From: Armatimonadota bacterium
GTDB taxonomy: Bacteria; Armatimonadota; SYMT01
NCBI GenBank assembly: GCA_041690135.1
Contig: JAWLHY010000001.1
Span: forward strand, 608,001-672,000
Reading direction: 5' to 3'
Length of the DNA stretch: 64,000 bases
Both the position numbers and the translations under genes were made by a program. The notes under the pieces were generated by a model, which saw nothing but the letters and a program-made list of their open reading frames with translations, did not search any database and had not been told where the DNA came from. Shown here piece by piece: positions 1 to 7,936 of the stretch; the stretch's first letter is position 1, and the number at the start of each line of letters is the position of its first letter.

Positions 1-346
1 TTGGCTGCGGCAACAGCCTTCTCGGTCAAACCCGGCCAGGACGCAAGCGCCACTGCGCACCTCTCATTCTCGGAAGCTGCGGCATCCACATGCCGCTTGT
101 CTGGGAGGTGGCGGCGCTGGGGAGACCGGTCCGACCCACCCTAACCCATTCATTCACAGTAGTGTTCCATATAGAGGCGTCACCACCTTCGCTCGCTTGA
201 TCGTCGTATGGTAGTTAAGAGAGCAAGCGTGGCCAGCGGTGGGCATCGATGCTGGCCGGGCTTAACGGGAGATAGGTATTGATGTAGAATACAGACCCTA
301 TCTAGGCGCACGGATGGCCGACTCCTGGGCAGGCGGTAGGGAGGGG

Positions 347-1675
347 ATGACGGTGAGCAAGAGGATCATAGACGAGTTCTTGAGCGAGGAGGCAATGCGG
401 CAGCGCCAGCGGATGTTTGATTTGGCGCGTCCCGCGCTCGACCTCGCCCTTCAGAACCAGCATCTCTTCGACTTGGCGCTACAGAATACGCACATCTATG
501 ATCTCGCCCATCAGTTCCAGGTCAGTGAAGCGGCCCGGCTGGCGGACATCAGCCGTAGCGTTCTGGAGAACTCTGCCATGCAGCAAGCGATGCAGCAGTT
601 CTCCCAGGTTGACCGCCTCGCACCGTACCGTGAGCACTTGCTTGCGCTGGATGTCTACAAGGAGAGTTTGGCCGGACGGGCAATGGTCGATCTCGCCGAG
701 ACAGCGCGGCGCCAATGGGCCACCTGGGAGCAACTCACCCGGCCCTTCGAATCCGTTGTGGCCACCATCAAGGCAGTAGAGGTGGCGCAGTCTCAGCGGG
801 TAATGCAGGAGGCCCTGAGGGCCTTCAGCGCACCCGCGCTGAGCGCGTTCGCACCGAGGTTGCCCGAGCTAACATCCCTGGCGGAGTCCATTAGGACACC
901 GTGGATAGACGCCGCTAGGGTAGGACAGTCGTTTGAGGCCCTGGCAGGCTTAACGACCATCGGACGAGCGATCTCCCACCGCCCCTTTGAGCAGGACAGC
1001 AGTCGGGCGCTCCGCTCATTGTTGGGCGACTGGACGGAGGTTCGTTCCCGCCCGCGTGTGCCGCGCCGACCCGCCGCTCGTGTCGAGCTATACCGCCAGC
1101 TTGGTATGGATGCGCGGCTCGTGGATGTCCCAGACGATGCCTTTGATGAGGTTCTGGCCGTTACCGGCATCGTAGTTCCCGAGATGTTCACGCCCGCAAT
1201 TGAGGTGGTGGAGACGCCCGAAGGTGAGGACACCGAGGTAAAGCGGCGGATGCTGGCGGCGTATGACCTGCTATTCAGTCTCGAAACGGCACTCCGTGAC
1301 TACGTGCAGAAGATCATGAGCGACCGGTACGGCGCAAACTGGGAGACCCAGCGTGTGCCGGGCGCGGTTCTCAATGCCTGGCGTGAAAAGCGGAGAGCGG
1401 GGCAAGACAGGGGTGAAGGCACTTACCCGCTGGTGGCCTACGCCGACTTCAGCGACTACTTGCCCATCATTATCCGCAAGGACAACTGGAATGAAGTGTT
1501 CAGCCAGGTTTTCCAGAATCAGCCGGACCTCCAAGTGGCCTTTCAGCGGCTTCAACCGCTGCGCATCGCCACGATGCACGCGAGACCCATCACGAAGGCC
1601 GACCTGCTGCTTATCACCTCTGAGGTCCATCGCATCTTTGAGGCAATCGGTTACTTAAATAGCAGGCAGGCGTAA
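347..1675 (+). CDS. Swt1-like HEPN domain protein (putative RNase/defence effector)
   Basis: C-terminal YDLLFSLETALR...WETQRVP...YADFSDYLPII...DNW..VF...RIATMH (Rx4H HEPN motif); long helical N-terminus; start at 314, 347 or 353. Confidence 0.75.
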   Translation: MTVSKRIIDEFLSEEAMRQRQRMFDLARPALDLALQNQHLFDLALQNTHIYDLAHQFQVSEAARLADISRSVLENSAMQQAMQQFSQVDRLAPYREHLLALDVYKESLAGRAMVDLAETARRQWATWEQLTRPFESVVATIKAVEVAQSQRVMQEALRAFSAPALSAFAPRLPELTSLAESIRTPWIDAARVGQSFEALAGLTTIGRAISHRPFEQDSSRALRSLLGDWTEVRSRPRVPRRPAARVELYRQLGMDARLVDVPDDAFDEVLAVTGIVVPEMFTPAIEVVETPEGEDTEVKRRMLAAYDLLFSLETALRDYVQKIMSDRYGANWETQRVPGAVLNAWREKRRAGQDRGEGTYPLVAYADFSDYLPIIIRKDNWNEVFSQVFQNQPDLQVAFQRLQPLRIATMHARPITKADLLLITSEVHRIFEAIGYLNSRQA

Positions 1676-1864
1676 CCCAGTGTGGGTCGGCGATGCTGCC
1701 TGCCTGACGCCGCTACGTTGCCTACGCCGCTACTGCGAGAGCCGTGTGCCGCTTCGGGCGGCATACCTCGACCCAAGCTTCCAACCATACGGGTTACTCC
1801 ACGACAAGCAGACAAACATAAGTGTGCTTCCCCGAGGCACGCTGAGCTACAATTAGGTAGTCTA

Positions 1865-1904
1865 AGGAGCCTGTCGCGGGCGTGTGTAGGAGCCTGTCGC
1901 GGGC
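1865..1904 (+). repeat. 17-bp direct repeat AGGAGCCTGTCGCGGGC x2
   Basis: Exact copies at 1865-1881 and 1888-1904; inverted relative to GACAGGCTCCT inside the adjacent tRNA gene. Confidence 0.9.
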
Positions 1905-1938
1905 AATGAGGGGCTGTAGGAAGGACTACAGATAGGCA

Positions 1939-2026
1939 CGGAGAGGGCGGGGTGAACCCGCCAAACGAGTGAAAAATGACGGTCTGTTTTCGAGACAGGC
2001 TCCTTCAACCACTCGGACACCTCTCC
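1939..2026 (-). tRNA. tRNA-Ser(CGA), intact 5' half and degenerate 3' half (probable att-site hybrid or pseudo-tRNA)
   Basis: Minus strand reads GGAGAGGTGTCCGAGTGGTTGAAGGAGCCTGT-CTCGAAA-ACAGA...GCGGG-TTCAC-CCCGC-CCTCTCC-G; acceptor stem pairs, T-loop is only 5 nt, variable arm has no stem, no CCA. Confidence 0.75.
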
Positions 2027-2071
2027 AGGTGTCGCCCCCACAGGCAGCCAGGCCGCCCGGGAGACCCGCAG

Positions 2072-2100
2072 ATGTTAACACGCGCGGTCGGGGGTGTCAA
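2072..2100 (-). promoter_or_regulatory. sigma70-type promoter for the tRNA
   Basis: TTGACA-17 bp-TAACAT with extended -10 TG, about 45 bp upstream of the tRNA 5' end. Confidence 0.75.
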
Positions 2101-2102
2101 TT

Positions 2103-2328
2103 GGGGGTTAGGGGCCAGGGGTTGGGGATTAGGGGCTCGGAAGGATGAAGGATGAAGGCGGAAGGATGAGCCCCGCCCCCGCTTCTACGCTCGTCACTGG
2201 GGCTCCCGTCCACAGTCCCACCCCAGCCCCCAACCCCTGGCCCCGCCTTCTGCCTTCATCCTTCCCATCCTGTCCATCCTGTTTCCGCCGGTTCCCCCCT
2301 TCCGCGCCCATCCGCGTGTTCCGTGGGC
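2103..2328. repeat. Mosaic of short tandem repeats (7-mers and 9-mers) in inverted arrangement
   Basis: GGGGTTA-type x5 and GAAGGAT-type x4, then complementary CCCC- and CCTTC-type 7-mers and CATCCTGTC / TCCGCGTGT-type 9-mers. Confidence 0.75.
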
Positions 2329-2393
2329 TATCACTTTCAGGAGGAGTGGTAGCCCGGGGAGCGGAATGGGTGGGGAGGAAGGAGGGTGCGCCG

Positions 2394-3839
2394 ATGCATT
2401 CGCGGTTCGGGATCTTGTTGGCGGCGGGTTTGTGCCTGGTGGGCGTCGCCACGGCGGGGCGGACGGCTCCGAAGCCGAAGCAGCCCAATATCGTCTTCAT
2501 CCTGGCGGACGACCTCGGTTGGAGCGACGTCGGTTACCACAGGAGCGAGATCCGGACGCCCCACATCGACCGCCTGGCCGCGGCGGGCGCGAAGCTGGAG
2601 CAGTTCTACGTGATGCCGGTCTGCACCCCCACGCGGGCCGCGCTGCTCACCGGCCGCTACCCCATGCGCTACGGGCTGCAGTCCGGGGTCTGCCGGCCGT
2701 GGTCGGACTGGGGGCTGCCGGTTACGGAGCGGACTCTCGCCCAGGAGCTGAAGGAGGCGGGTTACCGGACCGCGATAACGGGCAAGTGGCACCTGGGGTC
2801 GGTCCATCCGGCGTTCCTGCCCACGGCTCGTGGGTTCGACCACCAGCACGGCTGCTACAACGGCGCCATCGACTACTTCACCCACGACCGCGACGGCGGC
2901 CATGATTGGCACCGCAACGACCGCGCTCTCCACCAGGAGGGCTACAGCACCGACCTGATCGGGCAGGAAGCGGTCAACGTGATCGAAGGCCACTCCGGGG
3001 ATCGACCCTTTTTCCTCTATGTGCCGTTCAACGCGCCGCACTCTCCCCTCCAGGCGCCGCAGGAAGCGATTCGTCCTTACGCCGATTTGAAGCCGCCGGC
3101 GCGCCGCCGCTACGCCGCCATGGTCACCCGCATGGATGAGGCGATCGGCCGGATTGCCGAGGCGCTGGAGCGGAAGGGGCTCTCCAAGGACACCCTGCTG
3201 GTCTTCTCCAGCGACAATGGCGGGCCCCTCAACCTGGGCGCGACCAATCGCCCGCTGCGTGCCGGCAAGTTCTCCTTCTACGAGGGGGGAGTCCGCGCCG
3301 TTGCCTTCGCTACCTGGCCGGGGACTCTCCGGGCCGGAACGGTCGTGAAGGAGCCGCTGCATATGGTCGACTGGTTCCCCACGCTGCTCCGCCTGGCCGG
3401 CAAGAGCCCACAGCCGGAGGCCGGGCTCGACGGGCGGGATATGGCGTCTACTCTTCTCCGGGGCGCCAAATCCCCTCACGCCGAGATCCTGCTGAACGTG
3501 GAGCCGCACCGGGGCGCTCTGCGCCGCGGCGACTGGAAGCTGGTGGTGGAGGGCCCGCTCCCCGGCGCCTACGATTCCCAGCGAGCGCTGGCGGTGCCGC
3601 GGAAGCTGGAGCTCTATAACATCGCCCAGGACCCTACCGAGAAGACGAACCTCGCCACGAAGGAGCCACGGAAGGTCCGGGAGTTGCTCACCCACCTGAT
3701 CGGTTACGCCCGCGAGGCACTCCCACCCTTCGGCGGCAAAGGCGATGAACAACCCTCCAACTGGAAAGCGCCCCGGGTGTACGGGGAGCCGGACCCGGTC
3801 TCACCGCAAACCCAGTGCGGGTCCGAACGGGGGCGCTGA
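2394..3839 (+). CDS. Arylsulfatase (formylglycine-dependent, ARSB-like), secreted
   Basis: Signal peptide; PNIVFILADDLG, CTPTRAALLTGR, GKWHLG, SDNGG motifs. Confidence 0.95.
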   Translation: MHSRFGILLAAGLCLVGVATAGRTAPKPKQPNIVFILADDLGWSDVGYHRSEIRTPHIDRLAAAGAKLEQFYVMPVCTPTRAALLTGRYPMRYGLQSGVCRPWSDWGLPVTERTLAQELKEAGYRTAITGKWHLGSVHPAFLPTARGFDHQHGCYNGAIDYFTHDRDGGHDWHRNDRALHQEGYSTDLIGQEAVNVIEGHSGDRPFFLYVPFNAPHSPLQAPQEAIRPYADLKPPARRRYAAMVTRMDEAIGRIAEALERKGLSKDTLLVFSSDNGGPLNLGATNRPLRAGKFSFYEGGVRAVAFATWPGTLRAGTVVKEPLHMVDWFPTLLRLAGKSPQPEAGLDGRDMASTLLRGAKSPHAEILLNVEPHRGALRRGDWKLVVEGPLPGAYDSQRALAVPRKLELYNIAQDPTEKTNLATKEPRKVRELLTHLIGYAREALPPFGGKGDEQPSNWKAPRVYGEPDPVSPQTQCGSERGR

Positions 3840-3993
3840 GGAACGCAGAGGGCCGCAAAGGAAACGCTGTGAGGAGTGGGTAGGGCCAGGTGCCAAGCCA
3901 ATTTCTGTCGTGCCCCGGTCCCCGCGTTTCACGCTTTACACATCAAGTCAGATGCCGTTTCGCTCACTTCGCGCTGTCCTGCCCCCAGCGGTT

Positions 3994-4028
3994 CGCAATA
4001 CGCAATACGCAATACGCAACACGCAACA
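3994..4028 (+). repeat. Heptamer tandem repeat CGCAAYA x5
   Basis: cgcaata x3 followed by cgcaaca x2, intergenic. Confidence 0.9.
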
Positions 4029-4055
4029 CATCACTGCGCCCAGGAGAAAACACCC

Positions 4056-5066
4056 ATGTCCAGGTCCTATAAAGTGGCTATCGCCGGTCTCATTCATGAC
4101 CACATCTGGGGAATGCTCCGCTGGTGGAAGGAGGTGGAGGGTGCGGAACTGGTCGCCGCGGCCGACGTGAATCCGCCGTTGCTGGAGAAGATCCGCACGG
4201 AGTTCGGTGTGGAGCGCACCTACCGCTCCTACCGGGAGATGTTCGAGCGCGAGGAACTCGATATCGTCACCGTCACCGTGGATAACGCCGGGACGGCAGA
4301 CGTGGTGGAGGCGGCGGCGGCGCGGGGTCTCCACGTGATGAGTGAGAAGCCGATGGCGGCCACGCTGGACCAGGCGCGGCGGATGGCCGAAGCCTGCCGG
4401 AAGGCGAAGGTCCAGCTCATGATCAACTGGCCTACTGCGTGGAACCCGGCGATCCAGACCCTGGACCGTCTCGTCCGGGACGGCGCGATCGGGCCGGTCC
4501 ACAAGGTGAAGTACCTCGCCGCGCACCAGGGGCCGAAGGAGTACGGCTGCACCCCTTACTTCTACGAGTGGCTGTACGACGCCGACCGGAACGGCGCGGG
4601 CGCGCTGTTGGATTACTGCTGCTACGGTTCCATGATGGCCGCCCACTGGCTGGGCCGGCCGGAGAGCGTGGTCGGGATCCGGGGCACCCTGGTCAAAGAT
4701 CCGTTCCCCGTCGACGACAACGCCGTCATCCTGATGAAGTACCCGCGCGCCTTCGGCATTGCGGAAGCCTCCTGGACCCAGCAGGCGCCGGACGGCAGCG
4801 CCAACCCCAGCGTTTTCGGATCCGAGGGCACACTTTCCGTCATTGGTGGCCGGGTCCGCCTGGCGCGCCTGGGCCGAGACGTGGAGTGGATCGAGCCCGA
4901 CACCCCTTCACCCGGCCGCCGCAACGGCGCGGAGTACCTCGTCAGTTGCCTGGAAGCCGGCACCCCGGTCGAGGGGATGTGCAGCCCGGAAACCAGTCTC
5001 CTCGCCCAGGAGATCCTGGAGCGCGGCCTGGAAAGCAGTGGCTCGGGGCAGGAGGTATACCTGTGA
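4056..5066 (+). CDS. Gfo/Idh/MocA family oxidoreductase
   Basis: SEKPMA motif, GALLDYCCYG; RBS AGGAGA. Confidence 0.9.
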   Translation: MSRSYKVAIAGLIHDHIWGMLRWWKEVEGAELVAAADVNPPLLEKIRTEFGVERTYRSYREMFEREELDIVTVTVDNAGTADVVEAAAARGLHVMSEKPMAATLDQARRMAEACRKAKVQLMINWPTAWNPAIQTLDRLVRDGAIGPVHKVKYLAAHQGPKEYGCTPYFYEWLYDADRNGAGALLDYCCYGSMMAAHWLGRPESVVGIRGTLVKDPFPVDDNAVILMKYPRAFGIAEASWTQQAPDGSANPSVFGSEGTLSVIGGRVRLARLGRDVEWIEPDTPSPGRRNGAEYLVSCLEAGTPVEGMCSPETSLLAQEILERGLESSGSGQEVYL

Positions 5067-5084
5067 CCGCCGGTAGGGAGCTGA

Positions 5085-5390
5085 GTTGCAGGTTGGAAGG
5101 TTGAAGGTGGAAGGTTAGCCGAACCGGTGAGGGGCAGGAGGTCTACCTCTAAACCCAGATTGAGATACGGGTCGAGGGTTGGAAGGATGAAGCCCCTTCG
5201 GGGGGCAGCGGTGGCATAGTTTTGGGGAGGAGTCGGTGGTAGCCCCGGAGGGGCGATTGGAGAATAGCCGGGGGTGTGAACCCCCGGACCTGGTGCCTGC
5301 ACAGAAAAGCCCTGGAGGGGCGACGGAGCAACGCGCTGTTAGGAAAACGGAACCGCTCTGTGGGGGCAGGGATTGAAGGTTGAAGGTGGC
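5085..5390 (+). repeat. GTTGAAG-type heptamer arrays (left arm), interrupted by a REP-like element
   Basis: Blocks at 5085-5116, 5171-5192 and 5372-5390. Confidence 0.8.
5239..5333 (+). repeat. REP-like palindromic element, family A
   Basis: GCCCCGGAGGGGCGA...ATAGCCGGGGGTGTGAACCCCCGG...GCCCTGGAGGGGCGAC; homologous copies at 11044-11136 and 21484-21725. Confidence 0.85.
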
Positions 5391-5486
5391 CGAATGCCGT
5401 GTGGTCGCGGTTTGTCTACACCCCCCGCGACCACACGGCAAAGGAAGTGGCGCGTATTGCTTCTCAAGCAACCTAGGAAGGCGCAG

Positions 5487-5944
5487 ATGGCGGCGATTAG
5501 CAAGTTTGAGGATATCCGGGCCTGGCAGACAGCGCGTGCTTTGAACCGGGAGATCTACCGAGTTTCACGGCGTAGGCCCTTTGCCGATGACTGGGCGCTC
5601 TGCTTGCAGATTCGGCGAGCCTCCATCTCCGTGATGTCCAATATCGCGGAGGGGTTCGAGAGCCGGACCCAGCGCCAGTTCATCGAATACCTGGCCGGGC
5701 AAAGGCTTCCTGCGGCGGAGTGCGTGCTGAACTTTACGCCGCGGTGGACGCTGAGTATATCGATGAGAAACAATTCGATGGTTTGAGTGCCCAGGCGGAG
5801 TTGTGCAGCCGGCAGATCTGCCGTTTCATTCAGTATCTGGAGACCCAGCCCGACCGTCTCCGGGTTCCCGACGGCCGTAAGGAGTACGTGGTGGACCCGG
5901 TCCCGGGACTGGCCGGCGATCCAGAGCACCCGATTGAGCTGTAA
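5487..5944 (+). pseudogene. Four helix bundle protein (TIGR02436 / 23S rRNA IVP / Avd-like), frameshifted near 5693
   Basis: FEDIRAWQTA...QIRRASISVMSNIAEGF; adding one base restores YLGRAKASCGGVRAELYAA. Could be a sequencing error. Confidence 0.85.
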
Positions 5945-5979
5945 CCCGGGGTTCCAACACTAGCCCTGCCTTTCGTGGG

Positions 5980-6043
5980 CTTCAACCTCCAACTTCCAAC
6001 GTTGAAGGTTCAACCTTCAACGTTCAACTTTTCAACTTTCAAC
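5980..6043 (-). repeat. CTTCAAC-type heptamer array (right arm, reverse complement of left arm)
   Basis: cttcaac ctccaac ttccaac gttgaag gttcaac cttcaac gttcaac ttttcaac tttcaac. Confidence 0.9.
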
Positions 6044-6066
6044 CCAGTGGCGGGGGAAAAGAACCA

Positions 6067-7113
6067 GTGCGTAAACTAGGGGTGGGGATCATCGGCAGTG
6101 GCGGGATCGCCCGCAATGCCCATATGCCGGGCTACAAGGCCTGTGAGAAGGACGGGGTCCGCATCGTGGCGGTGGCGGATACGAACCCGGATATAGCCCG
6201 GATGGCAGCGGAGCAATTTGAGGTCCCGCATATCTGCACGGATTACCACGACCTGCTGCAGATGGACGAAATCGATGCGGTCAGCATCTGCACCCCCAAT
6301 TACCTTCACGTGCAGCCGACGATCGACGCGCTGGAGGCGGGGAAGCACGTGTTGGTCGAGAAGCCGATGGCGATGAATACCGCGGAGTGCCTCCGCATGG
6401 TGGAAGCCTCGGAGCGCACCGGCAAGAAGCTGATGGTTGGGTTCATGACCCGCTTCCAGGCCGCCTCCCAGGCGCTGAAGCGGTTCACCGAGGCCGGCGA
6501 GATGGGGGAGATCTACTTCGCGCGGGCGCAGGCGCTGCGCCGGCGCGGGATCCCGGGGTGGGGCGTCTTTACGCAGAAGGATAAGCAGGGTGGGGGACCG
6601 CTCATCGATATCGGCGTCCACATCCTCGACCTGACCCTGTGGCTGATGGGCCATCCGAAGCCGACCTACTGCTCCGGCCAGACCTATGCCAAGTTCGGAC
6701 CGCGGGCCGGCGTCGTGGGCCTGCTGGGCCAGTGGGATCCCACCACCTTCACCGTCGAGGACTTCGCCGTGGGCCTGGTCCGTTTCGAGAATGGCGCCAC
6801 GCTGGTGCTGGAGTCCGCCTTCTGCGCCAACCAGGAGGAGCGGCAGGTCTTCAACACCCACCTCTACGGCACCGAGGGCGGGTGCACTTACAACCCCTGC
6901 AAGATGTTCTTCGAGCGGCACGGCACGCTCATCGACGCCAGCCCCGCGTACCTGCCGCAGGTGAAGGCCCACGAAGCGGAGATCGCCGGCTTCGTCCACG
7001 CCATCCTGGACGACGCGCCCGTGCCCGTCACCGCGCAAGAAGGCTTGATGACCACCCAGATCATCGATGCCCTCTACCGCTCCAGCGAAGAAGGACGCGA
7101 AGTCGCCGTTTAG
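6067..7113 (+). CDS. Gfo/Idh/MocA family oxidoreductase
   Basis: GIIGSGGIA, HVLVEKPMA, GGGPLIDIGVH. Confidence 0.95.
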   Translation: MRKLGVGIIGSGGIARNAHMPGYKACEKDGVRIVAVADTNPDIARMAAEQFEVPHICTDYHDLLQMDEIDAVSICTPNYLHVQPTIDALEAGKHVLVEKPMAMNTAECLRMVEASERTGKKLMVGFMTRFQAASQALKRFTEAGEMGEIYFARAQALRRRGIPGWGVFTQKDKQGGGPLIDIGVHILDLTLWLMGHPKPTYCSGQTYAKFGPRAGVVGLLGQWDPTTFTVEDFAVGLVRFENGATLVLESAFCANQEERQVFNTHLYGTEGGCTYNPCKMFFERHGTLIDASPAYLPQVKAHEAEIAGFVHAILDDAPVPVTAQEGLMTTQIIDALYRSSEEGREVAV

Positions 7114-7158
7114 GAGGTGGAGCGGCGGGGCGGGGCGTTGGTGCAGCGGACCGTGACC

Positions 7159-7353
7159 GCGATCGCCCGCCCGGATATCGATCCACGCCATTCCGTTCCC
7201 CGCAATCCGGGTGATGCCGTTGCCGGCTACTTGGACCACCTTCGGGTTGGAACTGCGGTAGACGGCTCTCTCCGCCAGGTCAACGGTCTCCCCTGGCGGT
7301 GTCTGCCCGCACACCAGAAGTGTTTGCTCCGCGGCCGCTCCGTCCAACACGAT
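7159..7353 (-). pseudogene. Remnant of an Ig-like (Big_2-type) domain
   Basis: IVLDGAAAEQTLLVCG...DLAERAVYRSSNPKVVQVAGNGITRIAGNG resembles Ig domains of DUF1549 proteins; no credible start or stop. Confidence 0.4.
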
Positions 7354-7936
7354 GGCGCTGAGGAATGCGTTCACGGTCTTGAGCAGAGAAGCCCTCACTT
7401 GCGCCGTGGGGCAGATCCTTTTTCGCCGTGGGCTGTAAAGGAGCGACAGCCTTCCAGCCGGACAGGTCCGAGGCGCCGGCTTGCCCGCCGCACTTTTGTT
7501 CGGACGCATGCGCCGCGTATGCGCCGGGGCCGGCTCCTGATTATCAGAACAATCCTTCAACCAAGCCCGGCGCATGCGTTCGTTGGGGAGTCCGAAAGCT
7601 ATCTCGGTAAAGAGCTTGCCTCGGGGCCTCGTGCTGGAACCGCTTTGGCGAGGGGCGGAACAAAGTGAATTCCCGTAGCGCCCCGATATCTCGGCGACTC
7701 TGGGCATGAATTACGATCGCTTACCACTGGCCAGGATAACAGCGTCACCCGTGCCTGGTGCATGGGGCCGGGCGCAATCCCAGGCAGAGTCCGTCCGATG
7801 GAAGCCGAATCAAAGCTGAGTAACGGCGCCCTCAAAGGTCTGCACCCGCCCCGTGACCAATTTCATGCAGTGCGTGCCTGGTCCGGGGCGCGCGGGACGG
7901 GTGCCTGGGGCACACGGGTGTAGGGGAGAAGAGGCC

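Noticed and set aside
2145-2393. N-terminal ORF extensions of the sulfatase, the Gfo gene (3876), the DUF1990-like gene (to 36026) and the GT2 gene (52829)
   Set aside because: They run through repeats or other genes; better starts lie downstream
5085-6043. CRISPR array or complete diversity-generating retroelement
   Set aside because: Repeats are contiguous 7-mers without spacers; no cas gene, reverse transcriptase or TR/VR pair is visible in the window
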